Below are positions 25,432 through 39,939 of a stretch of 64,000 nt of DNA, piece by piece. The DNA lies in contig NC_057715.1 of the NCBI RefSeq assembly GCF_004010195.1, positions 24,301,042 to 24,365,041 on the forward strand, read 5' to 3'. Origin of the DNA: Chiloscyllium plagiosum (lineage: Eukaryota). The notes below the pieces were generated by a model. The model was not told where the DNA came from, searched no databases, and saw only the letters and a list, made by a program, of their open reading frames with translations. The translations under genes and the position numbers were made by a program. How positions within the stretch are numbered: the first letter of the stretch is position 1; every line of letters starts with the position of its first letter.

Positions 25432-26862
25432 GTAAGTCTCTTGAATCTACTACCAGTTGTACAGCATGTTCCAATGATTCTTCCATTCTGGGTACATCAA
25501 GATGAAGTCAAATGAATTATTCACAGTCACAGGAATGTTGCAGTACAGACGGAGGCCATTCAGCCCTCCGTGGCTCTACTGTCTCCGGAACTGAGCATTA
25601 TGTCTTAGTGCCATTCTCCTGCTTTTTCCCCATAAGCCTGCACATTATTTCTATTCAAATTGTCTTCTAATGACCACTTGATTATATGAATAATAATTCT
25701 TAAATGGTTGCAGGATACAACTGTTCAAGAAAAGATCGACAATCTTTCACATCTAGCTGCTTTTAAGTCAAGTGATCTCTTCCCTTTGCTATCACACAAA
25801 ACTGCTGTTTGCCTGTGATTGTCACTGCCATTGTTTTATAGGGAAACCTGTAACCTGATCACAAAAAGAGCTTCCTTTGTCCTCTTGCCTATGGCAATAA
25901 AACATAATATTACTGCATTCAGGTAGAAAAGTGGGTTAGACATTCTTTATCCCAACTTCCTTCCTTCCATAAAGTAAGTGAACAGCATCATATTTACAAT
26001 CCAAAACTCCCAAAACATTTCTCAGATTATGGCCCTATTGTTAGACACATGGGCCACAGTCATTGTCTCTGAGTGTAAAACCTTGCACCACTTCCCAGTA
26101 AAATGATCCAGGTCTTTCTTTGATCTTTAACAATGAAACCATCCATTCTTCCTCCCAGAGTTTAAAACAGTCCATATAACACTCTTCGTTCTACCTTGTG
26201 TTTAAAAATGCCTTTATACCTAAGATGACAGTTGGAATGGCAACTTTGTACACTATTTACTCTACATTTGCATCTCTGTACATGTGACAATAAAATCTAA
26301 TTCTAATTCTACTCGTTACTTCTACCTATCTTAACATTAAAAGGGTAATCTCGATAGTAATTACTGGCTTTAAATTTCTGCAGTGGATGTAAGTCTTTTG
26401 TACCACACTACTATAGCAACTTCAAATATTCAATGCTTGTCCATGATGAGATGGAAGAGTGAAATGTTGTTTAATGAATATAATGACGATTAAACATAGC
26501 ACAGACAATAATCTTTGAATATTCACATTTAACTATACATTTGCCACTTATCTGAAGTTCCTGGAGTATTTTGTTATTAGTACAGGTGATTGCCATTTCT
26601 CTCAGCATTATTTTGACAGTGAAGTCTATCCATTGTCACTAGGTTCTGCCTTCCAAATGTTCTAAATTACAGGTAATTATTCAGTCATGCTGCAAGCGAT
26701 TGGTTTCAAAGTGAAAGAAATACTGCTGCAGAATCAGAACTCTGTGGTAAAACTTTTAAGATCCTCTGTTGGTGGGTTTGCAGGTATGGATGAGGAATGA
26801 ATTTCCTAATACCCTCATGATCACACTGACCTGTCAGCAATTTTACAGGAAGAGGCAAGGAT

Positions 26863-27198
26863 AGGCAATAGCCTAGTGGTATTATCATTAAATTATTAAT
26901 TCTGGGGACTTGGGTTCATATTCCACCATGACAGATGGTGGAATTTGAATTAAATAAAAATAATCAGAAATTAAGGGTCTAATGATGACCATGAAGGCAT
27001 TATGGATTATTGGAAAAACCCATCTGGTTCAGCAATGCTCTTTCGGGAAGGAAATCTGTCATCCTTAATTGACTTGGTCGATATGTGAGTCCAGTCTTAC
27101 AGCAATATGGTTGACTCAACCATTCTCTGAGCATTTAGGGAAGGGCAATGAATGCTGGCTTAGCCAGAGAAGCCCACATCACATGAGTGAATAAACAA
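26863..27198 (+). mobile_element. tRNA-derived SINE sharing its 3' tail with LINE family B
   Basis: gcctagtggt..gggttca head; ..atgtgagtccag..cagcaat..ttgactc core; aatgctggc..gcccacatc..gaataaa tail. Related copies near 34280-34500(-), 38545-38720(-) and 59247-59762(+). Confidence 0.7.
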
Positions 27199-28970
27199 AA
27201 AGGCCTACAGGACTCACTCTTATCCTTGGGCAGCAAAGAGTTGATGCTTCCTTCAAAGTCCCCATATTGTGTGCCTCTCCACTAGGTGTGTCTCCCTTGG
27301 GTGTTCTCTCCCCTCTAAGCTCTTTAACAAGATGCCATCCCTCTCATCCCGCCATGCTAAGAGTCTGTGAGGAACTTTTCCCACTGATAACATTTACACT
27401 TTCAGCCATTGTGTTGTGCTCTCGCTGACTGAGATTGCCAACTGGTATCAAATTAAGAGATATATGTTTAGGCTCTTGAATAGGGATGTCTTTGATGGGG
27501 AGTTCTGGATTATTTCAAATTAAAGTGGATACAGTTCATCGTCTTAAGTGCCGCTAGTATCAAATCCTTGAAAGTTTGGATCGTCAACCTGAAGCCTATT
27601 TCTGTTGTCACAGATGCTGTCAGAACTCCTGAACATTTTTTGGTTCATCTTCCAGAAATAGCCTAATACTCTAAGGAACTTACTTTAGACTCTGAAAGTG
27701 TTAGCAGTTGAGTCCATGGTTTGTTTCAGTTGGTAGGAACAGTCAAACATATTCTGTTTTTAATTTATTTCATTTTAACAAGCCAATTTATATATTTAAG
27801 AAGTAAAATATGAGCACTTATGGAAAAATCTTTTATTATTTCCTGCAATGTTTTTAAATTTCCCTTAAACTAGCCATATTAGACATATGTTCTCTGATTC
27901 ACGGAGTAGTTACCATGGTGGTTAAATGTGTTGTCCTTCTTCTGCTGGAACCCCTGAAGATACAGCTGATTGTAATATAATAATCTCTTGTTACCAAAGG
28001 GACCCACACAGATTACGCAGAGATTACATACCTACAGGATTAAACTGCTCTTGTTTTGTTATTGCCCTTATTAGTAGTATTAATTGCTCCTTATTTTGTA
28101 TGCAGAAGGTTCAGTGCTGCACAGAAAATAAAATAGCAGGATTGTTATGATTGTACCTCCAGTGGAAAGATCCACCCTTAGCTGCTGCCTTATTTAAAAT
28201 GGTGTGTGGTTAGTTTGTTGCCCCATAACTAGAAGTGGTAGGTGTGTTCATGTGATTATCTAATCTACACTTTCACATGCAAGAACTCAGAAAACCTTCC
28301 TTCATATCTCAGCACAGCAAATAAGATTCCCCTCGAGGCAACTGATTTACACAATGGATAAGAACAATGTCTTTGTGTCTAACCTGAATTAAGCTCTGAC
28401 TCTTTGGGAAATATGAAAAGTCTTTGAAGCCATTCTGACCCATTGCTGATATGTTTGGAAGCCATTTAAACCTTCTTCAACATTCACTTAGGTCATGACT
28501 GCTCTGTACCTGATATCCTTCTGCCTGCCTATCCCAAATACCAATAATTAACAATATTCTATGGATCTGAAATTTGAAATGTTCAGTTGACTCCCAACCT
28601 CAAAAGTTGGTGCCGAGGAGAGTACCCCAATGCTTTATGTTCTGAAGAAGTATTTTCTTGAGTTACCACTGAATAGTTTGGCTCTATTTTAAAAATCATG
28701 CCAACAAGTTCTGAACCATCTGACCAGAGGAAATAATCCCTCTCAACTCCATGTAACTCTCAACTCCATTTTAAACCCCTCCCCATTTCAAACATTCTTT
28801 AATCAAGCGCCCACATACACCTCTCCTATTTTAATATTAATTGACAAAGTCACTTAGAGGTCACACAATGTCTGATGTAGGAAGTGGAAACATTTGGAGA
28901 GTTGTTCCAGGAATGGTGAGTGGTAGAAGTGGGTGAGACGGAGTCATAAAGATGGGGTAGGTAGTTAATG

Positions 28971-29095
28971 AAACAAAAACCAAAAGAATTTTGGATGCTG
29001 TAAATCAGAAACAAAAACAGAAATTGCTGGGAAAGCTCAGCAGGTCTTGAAGCATCTGTGGACCGAAATCAGAATTAATAAGTCCTCAGAACTCT
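28971..29095 (-). mobile_element. Penelope-derived short element family C
   Basis: Reverse complement of 29373-29502 and 41030-41130 (gaaacaaaaacagaaattgctgg..ctcagcaggtc..gcatctg). Confidence 0.7.
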
Positions 29096-29372
29096 TTCTC
29101 AGAACTCATTAGATTAGATTAATAAGACATATTTAGTAAAACTCAGTGAGAGATATCTCTAAGCCTCATAGAGAGAACACCTCTATGAAACCTGATGAAA
29201 CTGATTCTGAGGCAAAACAACTTCAGGTATTAATTTGAGTTCAGGGAAGCATTCTGTCTGAGGCCTTTGTTAACATAGAACCCCGGGCAACGTGAAACAG
29301 ACTTATCTGAAATGTGTCAATCCTGTTGTCAGTGTTTAAGGTGAGAACCAAGTTATTCAAGTAGGAAATAGA

Positions 29373-29502
29373 TTCTGATGAAGAGTCACTGGACTCAAAA
29401 CATTAGTTCTGTTTTCTTCCCATAGACACTGCCAGACTTCCTGAGTTTCACCCGCAATTTTTTGTTTTTGTTTCAGATCTCCAACACCTGCAATTATTTG
29501 CT
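29373..29502 (+). mobile_element. Penelope-derived short element family C with decayed hammerhead (29375-29404)
   Basis: CTGATGA-A-GAGTC(ACTG)GACTC-aAAA-CATT, followed by a body and tail with the same layout as families A and B. Confidence 0.72.
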
Positions 29503-31049
29503 TGATAAAATAAATAGAAAAGGCATTGACTTGACCAATGTTTAGATTATCTCAATAGGTATAAATTTTAAAAAAAATGAATTAAAGCCAAAAATTGGGG
29601 AAATAAGTGTTTCAACACCAATGAGCTATGCCACGGATGAATTTAGATGATATGATAAAGGTGAAAAAGGCAGTTTTTGTAATGATGTGAATACATGTTT
29701 ACAATCTCATCGTTGGATTAAATGTAGCACCAAGGTTCAGCCTCTGAGAGTTGTAAAGGAGAGGAATGGAGCTGGTTAAAGAATTGAGTTTATGATGGGG
29801 AATGAAGACAATGCTTACTGTGTCCTAATATTTAACTGAAAGAAATTTTGACTCAACTTGCAATGGATAGTACACCTGCAGTCTGACAATTTAGGGAAAA
29901 TTCAAGACAGGGTGTGAATATTTTGCTGGTCTTCATTGAGAAATATTGTACAAATCTCTTGCTGCCTGATCCAAGAATCTGATTTTGAGCTGTTCAATCA
30001 TCTCTTGATTTCCCACGTGCCACATTGTATCTGTTCTCCATTGTGGTTCAGGATTGAGCAGAGATATCTGCCGTGGTTGCATTCAGCAGTCAACTGTACA
30101 ATCTTTTTTCTTAAAATGGCTGTATAACATTTGATTAGCACCTAAATTAAACCATTATGATTATTGCAAAGAGTAGCTGATATGCATTATAGTGTGTCAG
30201 AAGTTACATATCATTTCCACCCTGATGGAATGATAGGACTCCTTTTGGGTATGTTCTACAGTTATCAGACAATGCGTTGATAGTGTGGCAACTACTGAGT
30301 TAGTGATTTAGAGGGCTTGATGAACAGGAAATATACTATAATTCAAATCCAAAAATTAAAATTTGCAAATTTGAATTCCTTGTTCAGGAAATTGTGGAAT
30401 AATATAATGCAAAAGGGACCATTCAGTCCATCATGTCTTGCTGGTTCTTTTGTAGACCTATTAATTAATCCTACTCACTGGTCTTTCAGCACCACAAAAG
30501 ATTTCCTTTCAACCATTTATCAAATTCCCAATTGAATGTGTTTCCAAAACTTTACGAGGCAGCAGATTACAAAACCTTGTTTGTTAGAAACATTACCACG
30601 TTGCCAATGAAAATCATTTTAAATCTCCATCCTCTGATTGATAATCTTTGTCTTTAACTAGTCTATCAAGGCAACTCCTGACCTTCAACACCCCTATCAA
30701 ATGTCTTAGCTTTCTCTGCTCTAAGGCCGACAGTCCCAGCTTCACTAATCATGCCACAGACGTGAAGTCCTTCATCGCTGTTAAATGCAGTTATTATAAA
30801 CAGATTAATTACAAAATCAATTTGAATTTTCAAAAGGTCATATGTTGCAGTACCAGCTGCTGGTGGCTTTGTGGTTCATGTGGAGTGCAGCCACTTTTTA
30901 AAAATGAACACATTGAACAAAATGCAGGTGGCCACAAAGAGCATTGTGATGAAAATCAATTGAAACAAAAAGAAACTATGTGCTTTAAATAAAACATAAT
31001 TTTGTAGGGTGACATTGCACCCCAGCCCATGGTGCCCATAACTGACAAA

Positions 31050-32960
31050 AAGCTGGAGGCATTCCAATGGACACTATATGCATCTTTGGGCTTGAATGAA
31101 CCACGGAAGAAGGGCAAGCAGTCTGGTGCAATAACTCCCTCCATAACCCTATTATAGGTCATCTTGGCTAGGCTCAGGAACAGAGGAGGTCTTCCAATCT
31201 GATTTGAAAGCATAGGACTGATGTGCTAGCAAATGTTTAATAATAGCCCATTCAAAAAGCAGGAGAGGGGTTGAATCTGAAAATAAGCACTGCCCACGGA
31301 CTTCTTAAGGCTGCAAAAATTAGAGTTGGTCTTGGATTTTGTGAACCTACTTTGATCTATAATTTCATGGGACTGCTTCAGCATCACTCTCCATCTCAGA
31401 TTCCTGATAATAAGGGGAGGTCTGGCCACTCATGGCCTCTATTACCGCCAAATGGCATGATGAAATGCCAGGACAGATAAGGAAGAGAAAGGTGTGCAGC
31501 AGGGAATCCCCCCCATACTGACCAGAAGGACATGGAGGTATGTTCCTCAAGACAACTCAAATTGTGGAGTCCAGGTCTCAGAGGATGGTCTCAGGGCCTG
31601 GAGGCATTATGACATTCCATCCGAACAGATGTCAGTTCAGACAGAAACTCACCATGTTCTTAAGCCATCTTGACACTACAGTCCCCTCATGGCTGAATAC
31701 CTCTGTTTTAAAACTCTCAATGGGTCTGGCTTCAAACCTCACATTAACATAAACCAGTATGGCAAGTTCTTGTGGCATCATTTAACCTGTTTCTCCAAGT
31801 CAATCCCCACAGCAGTCTAAGCCCTCCCTCAGACAGCCACAGACACCCATATTGGTAGAGGTTCAGATCCAAGAGCAGTGGTTCCCTGACAACAGTCACT
31901 ATTCCTGGCAGAGAACTCCAACGTGAGGTGATTACGCACAAACCCAGTTCTGGTAAAAGGCTAACAATTTCTATAACAAGTTATAAAGGTCAGATCAATC
32001 TGAAACAGGACCTACATGTCATAATTAAGGCTAAGCACTTTATGGAAGAAATGTGTCACTGGGGCACACAATCTAAGAGGGGAATCATTATAAAGGGTCT
32101 AAATGTAGTAAGACCTCATGGTCAATGAAGGCACTCAAAACCATATTATCCAGTGCTCAATGTGAGTGGTGAATTTGGCCTCCAGCTTTGACCAATTCAC
32201 TGGCCAAAGTTCCTCTACAAAGCTAAGATAAACTCCCAAGTAGGGGAGCTGGGTGAAGGTGCAGGTGAAGGACCAGAAAGCCTCCAGCACATGACTAGCC
32301 AGGAGGTCAGGAAAGTTTTCCCCAGTTGATCCTTGCACAGCACCTGCAGGATAAACACTAGGCATCCTTGCAATCTACGCTGGTCAGCTGGGTCTGTGAA
32401 CATAAGGTGTACATCATCAGATAAACTTAAAGGACTACCTGAGCCCCAGGCCTGCAAAACCAAGCCCAGAACCTCCTCAACAAGAGGCTCCACACAAATT
32501 GAATCAAATAGGCTGGTCTGATGCACTCCTCATCCAGAGTGATGGGGCACTGCCTAACTAGTCCTATACAGAAGATGGAACTGGGACACAAACTGCATCC
32601 AAAAGCCAAATCCTAGTGGAGTCCTGAAAGCATATTCCTGACCCACCCTGTTGAATGCCTTCACCTGATCAATGAACAGGAAGGCGGCCAACAGACCAAA
32701 TCCCTGGGTAAGATAGAACAGGATCCAGACCATTTGGATATTGTCATAAACAATCCAGTCTGCAATGATGTAGGCCTAGTCATGGTTGACCATTTGGTCC
32801 AGCATGAGTACCAAGATGGGAAGACATTGCCACGACAAAGAGTTTATAATCTGTGTGGAGGAGGAAGACTGAGTACCAGTTTTTAAGAAAATCTCGATCG
32901 CCCCTCTTTGGCAGTAGAAGTACACCATAAGAGGTCACCAAACATTCCTCAAGAAATTCC
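31050..32960 (-). mobile_element. Decayed L1-clade (Tx1-like) LINE ORF2
   Basis: Minus-strand motifs in order: LLLPKRGD..LKNW..V.LL.TDYKL, FIDQVKAFNRV, VRQCP, LSDDV, VNWSK, YLGVYL. The left boundary is uncertain. Confidence 0.8.
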
Positions 32961-35279
32961 ATTGTTTTCTAATGCAATTATTTTCCAAGATGTCAGGTTC
33001 CCCTGTGAAACTCCATAGTTTACCTGTCCGGAACCAGGATTTTCTCCTGGAGAGCTGGTTGAAGATGCCAGTCAGCTGCTTTGGACTAATAGGAACAACT
33101 AAATGTCTGGTGTCTCTGAGGTGACCTGCATCAGGTTCTCCCACACCCTGCTCCCAATCAGCAAACTTCCTCTTGACTATATTAAAATAACAAATTGAAC
33201 ACATGTCATGCAACATTAACCCTTTCAAAACCATTATCTATAACACTCAAAGCAATTCTTCATCAGGCATGAAAATAACTCAGTTATGTACACCAAGTTG
33301 AAGGAGGCAAACTAGCTGTAAACAATTATTGGAGTTGAGAACCAATGACATGAATCAAGAGATGGGACTTGGAGTAGGCTTTTAGAAAAATGGCAGTGGA
33401 ATGGGACAGGGAATTTCAGAGTACTGGAGCAAAGCAGCCGAACAAGCAACATCAAGGTTGGAACAGAGGCAGAATGGGACTAGGGAAAGTCTACCATGAG
33501 AGGAGAAAAGAGAATGTTGAGGAATAGAAGGAAGAAGGACACAAAGTGTAGCCATGGAGACAATTAAAAGCACTGGAGAGAAATCTAAGTCATGGAGATT
33601 GGAAATATTGTGTCTTTTAGAGTGCTTGATTGTATACATGTGAGGGTTGAGGTTGTATAGTTTAAGCTGGAGCAGGCAAATGCTTAAAGTAGAAAGATCA
33701 GCTGGATGTGCATTGCAGAGATTGAGTTATGTTCAAGATATGCTATAGCTTTTTGGTGGTTTGGGTAGAGAAGGTGATTGACAGGATTGTGGAGAAAAGC
33801 AGCGTACAAAATGATTGATTCTTAACAGTTCTCTAGAGTGGCTGAGCAAGGCATTCAGTAGTATCAAAATTACTACAAAGGTTGAATGTACATCACCACC
33901 AACTCAGATGAAGAAACCAAATTGTTATTATCAATGATATCCAACTTCCAACCAACAACTACTGCATTAATCACCTTCCTTCAATCATAAGATCATTTGT
34001 GAGGTTGTTCACTAATACTTGCAGTATTTGCATCCTTTGACAGGGCTGCAGATATGAAGCAAGGAAAGTGAGGCAGGTTAGATTAAGTGGTTCTACATAA
34101 ACAACTTCGCCTTCCGAGGACGATAAAACTGATTGTGAATTCATGCTCCAGAATAATGATCTTTACTGTGCTTTTTATATGTTAGTTTGGAAGAGAGGGA
34201 CTGCAAAGGGTAATGAAGTACTGATTACATTTCAATTAGATTATATAAATGGAAACCATTTGGGAAAAAGTTTGATTTTTCTTACGGGATGTGAGCATCA
34301 CTGGCAAGGGCATCATTTGTTGCAATACCCAATTGCTCTTGAATGGAGTGGCTTTGAAAGATGATTGGAGAGGGCAATTAAGAATCAATTATATTCCTGT
34401 GGGTCAGAAGACTAACTTTATATTCCAGGTGTGGTGGTGAGATTTGAACCCAGAGCATTAACCTGGACCTCCTAGTAATGTTGCCAATGCATCACCATTG
34501 CCCACTATCATTGTACAGGTTTTCCAAGGTCATCCAGCCTCCATGTCACGCAACCACCCTCCTGGGACTTAACCATAGACCCCTGCCTTTGCCAAAAGTG
34601 ATCTAAAATTATTTTCTCCACATGGGAGAGCAGCTAATGAAAGTGCAACGGACACTTGCACCGTCTCCAATTAATAATGATGAAGCCTGAGGCCCAATTT
34701 TGGGACAGTCTTGAGTGTCCTGGATCAGGGAGTCTTGCAGTGACATTGTTGGTTTTACTCCTGTGCCTTTGCACTAAAACACTTATACCGTAAAGACTGT
34801 CTGTCCCTCAAGACTAACTCTATTATGAGATCACTAAGTGATCAATACCATCCACAATATTTCTCAATCTGTTTTGGCTTATAAAGGAACCTAACTGCCT
34901 GTTCAATTCATAAATACCATCTACTTCCATGACTTCCTTGGTAACGTATTGTAACTCTTATGCCTTTTAAATGTCTTTTTTTTTGTTTCCTTTCATATTC
35001 TTCACTTAATTTTATAAATTTGGTTCTCTTTCATTAAAAATGGAATATCAAAGTGAGCAGTTTGCCTGAACGGATTGTGTTCATTCTCATCATAAACTTC
35101 ATCATTTTACTTTGAACAATTCAAAATCTCTTTGCTAAGAATAACTTCAATTTCTGAATGTTTCTTTCACACTCAAATCTCTGCTGCTCAATTTCATTAC
35201 TTGTCTCTGTACCTTTTTCTAACAAGATTGACATCTTATTGTTATTGATAACACTGTAGCTAATCGATAGACACTGTGA

Positions 35280-35620
35280 TAAGATTGTTACAGTAGTGAA
35301 AAGGATTAGATAGGGTAGGTATCATGAAACTACTTTCTCTGATGTGGAAATTCAGAGGTTTGGGTCATAACCTTGAAATTTGAATTAGGCTTAAAAGTGA
35401 AGCATTTTCTCATGCAAAGGCTAGTGAAAATCTGAAGTTCTAAACTGTCCTTGGAAATGGTTTTGGTTAGTGGATTAGTTGAATTTTTAAAATTTTAGAT
35501 TGATGCATATTAATTGTCAAGAATATCAAGGGACGTGGATTAAAGATGAGCAAATGAAGTCAAGTACAACATCTCATAGAATGGCTGAATAGGCTTGAGG
35601 GTTGAATAGGCTATGGAATA
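35280..35620 (+). mobile_element. Old CR1 LINE 3' end
   Basis: gggtcataacc..gaagcattttctca..aggcttgagggttgaataggct. Confidence 0.6.
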
Positions 35621-37019
35621 GATAAGTGTGCTGAGAAAGTAAGGCCTTAATGGATATTTTGTTGAATATTGTGAACATTAAAAATTGTTTGAACATGGAG
35701 TTTGGGAATATTTCAGTGGATAACTCTATAGACGTAGGTGGCAAGAATAGAAGCATCTGAGCAAGCAGGAGTTTATAGAATAGTTATGGACGAGGAGGTG
35801 GGAAGGCGGGTAAATACAGACAAGAGTATTGACTTATTTTGTTAAGTGTGTCTCAACTGTTATCTACTGAAAAAAATTACCTGTAAGTTGAGGCCTCCTT
35901 TTTTTGCGACCAAGCTCAATGTTCTCTGACTTTATCTTCTGTAATGTTCTGCTTTATTCTTTTAATGTGAAAATATAGAGCTTTCTCCATCTAATTTATC
36001 AGCACACCCTTAAGCTTCAGGATGCACGAAACATTTTGACATTTTAATATAATGAAGCAAGCAGCAATTAATCTTAGACTATGCAGAATTCTGATAGATT
36101 CTTCCAGGCACATCAAACAAAACATCAAAATTCCTGTAATTTTCTCGATTAAAATTTATGCAGTTCCACATGTTTCATTTATTACCATTGTTCCTTTCTA
36201 CTTGGGTAGATCTCCCACAGTCATAGGTGATGAGTTCCAAGATCATCGCTGATCATTAATCAACCATCCTAACATGTGACCCTGATTAATTATGCTGATA
36301 CATAATGGATTGTCACACGGTGAAAACATCATGATAGCAAGCATGAACATAGATGCTGAGGTGATTGGCATCACACATTATTTGGACATTTATTGAATGA
36401 ATGCCTTTCCGATTAATTAAATGGAGGGGGGCTGGGGTCATTGATCAACACTTTCAATTCTTCATGAATTTCATCAATTGTTTCTTGCCCCTGTGGTAGT
36501 GCTGCCAATCCGCATCATTGGACTGCTAACCTTTTTTTTTGCCCATGAAGATGATAATATAATACAAGGCCCGGAGTACAGATGTACCAATGGTTCTTCA
36601 TAATGCTGTGCTGCCAACTTAGCAAAATGACAATGTTCCCCCAAAGATGCCTGAAAAAACCTAATGGCCAAAACATTTATGACACTTGTTGCTCTCATAG
36701 CTACAATGTTGTTCTCCTGTGGAAAGTGAGCCTTAGTTCACCAACCTATCATAATGACATAGGAATAAGAGTAAGTCATTCAATGTCTCATGTCTTAATC
36801 AATTAGACCATAATTGTGCTGTATCTTAAATACATCAACACTTCACGTGAGGAAATGTTACTTGCCATTACATCCCAGTGGCCTAGTTCAAAGCCAATTT
36901 ACTCTAGACTCTTCTGCAGGGAAAAATAACTCACATGTAATCTTTTTTAATCATCTTAAATTGATAGGGAATAATAAATTATTCTCAATTTGATAAATAC
37001 CTGCTTTAATTCATCTACC

Positions 37020-37850
37020 ACTTAAAGCAGTCCATGCTCGAATGCATAAATATCTGGACAATATCCAGGTTTGGGCTGACAAGTGGCAAATAACATTTGT
37101 GCCACACAAATGCCAGGCTATGACCATTACCAATAAGAGACAGTCTAACCACCATCCCTTGACATTTAATAGTGTTACCATCACTGAATCCCCCATGATC
37201 AACATCCTAGTGGTTATCATTGACCAGAAACTCAACTGCACTCACCACATAAACACAGTAGGTCAGAGGCTAGGAATACTGCAGCAAGTAACTCACCTCC
37301 TGACTCCCAAATGCCTGTCCACCCATCTATAAAGCACAAGTCAGGAGTGTGATGCAATACTCCCCACTTGCCTGGATGAGTGCAGACCCAATAACACTCA
37401 AAAAGCTTGGTATCATCCAATACAAATCAGCGTGTTCGATTGGCAAGACATCCACTCCCTCCATTACTGACACTCAGCTGCAGCGTGCACTATCTACAAG
37501 ATGCACTGCAGAAATTCACCAATGATCCTCAGGCAGCACCTTTTAAACCCATAATCACTTCCATCTAGACGGTCAAGGGCAACAGATATTGCGGAACACC
37601 ACTACCTTCACGTTCCCCTCCAAGTCACTCACAATCCTGACCTGGAAATTTATATCACCATTCCTTAACTGGGGCACTGAGTCAAAACTCTAGAATTCTG
37701 TCCCTAATGGCACTGTCGGTCAACCCATAGCGTGTGGACTGCAGTGGTTCAAGAAGGAAGCTCATCACTACCTTCTTAATGGCAACCAGGAATGGGCAAT
37801 AAATGCTGGCCCAGCCAGCGATACCCACATCCCACAAATTAATAAATAAA
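37020..37850 (+). mobile_element. LINE family B (CR1/L2-group) RT C-terminus and 3' end
   Basis: ORF 37042-37332 LDNIQVWADKWQITFVPHKCQAMTI..INILVVIIDQKLN..HI; tail aataaatgctggcccagccagcgatacccacatccca. Confidence 0.85.
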
Positions 37851-38081
37851 AATAAATCTACCTTCTCTGATGGTATCCCTCTCCAAATTATTGATGGGAA
37901 GACAAATCTACATGGAGATTTTGAGTTCTATAAACCCAGTAGTCTAGAGTTTCCTTTTGTTTATTTGTTTTCTCACTGTTATTTGCCTGTATATGACCAA
38001 ACTGGTGCAACAGTTCACAAAATTTCATTTACAATTACGTGCACTTTCCAGAATGTTTTGTGTTGAAGGCCCATACACCAG

Positions 38082-38258
38082 GAGAAAGTGAAGATTGCAG
38101 ATGCTGGAGATTAGAGTCGAGAGTGCGGTGCTGGAAAAGCACAGCAGGGCAGGCAGTATCCAAGGAGCAGGAGAATCGAAATTTCGGGCATAAGCCCGTC
38201 CTCAGAAATTCCTGATTCTCCTGCTCCTTGGATGTTGCCTGACCTGCTGTGCTTTTCC
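38082..38258. mobile_element. Penelope family A hairpin insertion (tail on left)
   Basis: Inverted arms ctggaaaagcacagcagg../..cctgctgtgcttttcc; flanks aggcccatacaccag (38067-38081) and aggtccgtacaccag (38259-38273). Confidence 0.85.
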
Positions 38259-39939
38259 AGGTCCGTACACCAGCCACAATACTGGCCATTTCCCTCAGAT
38301 CAAATTCATCACCATAATGTTAACAGACCTTCAAAATATTCTTTAAAATATGGTGATTTTTCAGTGCAAGGATACTGACTGGCAACTTTTAAATGTTAAG
38401 ACAGGAGTCTTTATTGCATTCATTGAGGAGCAGACTAGTGAATGACAATGAAACTAGCAGATGTCTTTGTAGTTTTAAAGTTATTTTCAGTTGTTTAAAT
38501 TAATTATCACGATGAATAATGTTCCTGTATCTTATTCTTTTCATTCTTAGATTCATCCTGGGATATGAATGTCACTACCAATGCCAGCACGTGTTGCCCA
38601 TCCCTAATAGCCTTTGAACTGAATGGTTTGCTAAGTCATTTTAGGGAGCAATTAAGAGTGTACCTTGTTATTTTGAATTTCAAGTCACATGTAGGCCAGA
38701 CCAGATAAGAATGGCACTTCTTCTTCCCAAAACAATTATATTCTCTGCACTGTACTAAATTCCCCCTTCAGCTGCAAAGCCCCTCAGTAGGCTATTATAT
38801 TGAACAGGTCATGTTTCCTTTATTAATAGAGAAAATAATTGATGCAAAAAATTATGCTTTGATATGATAACAACTGATACTAATGTCCATGATGAATCAT
38901 TGTTCTTCTCGATTTCTTTTTTTAATTTCTTTAATTTGTTTAAAAAGACTTGTTGGCATTACTGGAGGAATTGAGTTTGGAAGAGTTATTGAGTCTGATT
39001 GAGTGAGAAACAGGCTTAACATTTCATTAAATCTTGCCAGCTTTATGTCTATGTGCATAATACTTAGACAGCCATCCATCAGTGACTTTAATAATTCTTC
39101 TTGACATACCTATACTTCAATTGATTTCAGAGAGAAAAGTATTGGGGAACAGAAACCAATAATGTGTAGCAAAAACAAAAGGATAAATGAAAGTTAATGA
39201 CAACTCTTTGCAATAATTTATTTTTAGGAGTTACTAATTGCAAGCCTCCTTCTTTAATTCTTTTGCAAATAATTGAAATTGATTGCCCCATTATGAAAAT
39301 ATGATTCGTCGCCATTCATTATTAATTTTCAACCTGACACATCTAATTACATGCAAAATTTTCTCAGTTAAGTAAAACATTAAAAGCAAATGTGCTTCTT
39401 ATACTGCATCTACAAGGTGGGGCCATTTTGCCTGAAGGACAAATTGGGAAGATTGGTAATTTCAGTAGAAATAATGCTGTTGAAATCTTACATTCTTTAC
39501 ATATCTAATAACCAAAGTCTCCAGTGATTATGTGGACTGAACTGTGGGATTTGCTGCTAAAATCAAATTATTTAACTCTTTTAACTGCTTTCTGGGGTTT
39601 ACTGAGATGATTCGGGATGTTTACAGTAAAGACTGGTAGGGGAGAAGTAGGTTTCAGTTGATGAGACACTGGCACTGTACTGGAGAAAGTGGAATCTGTA
39701 CAAATGTCACAATCTACAGCAGAATCGTGTTGGAGCTAATGTTGTAGTGAACCACATAATAAGAAACATAGAGGGAGCGATAAACCAAATAGTTGGGGCA
39801 AGGGGTCAATTTTAGAAGATAAGGCAATTCAAAGATTAGTGACAAGACAAGAGATAAAGGTGTTAATATGGCAATTGATAAATAGACCATAAAAGGAAGA
39901 GATAGAAAGTACATATCTAAATCTAAATCAACAGAGAAG

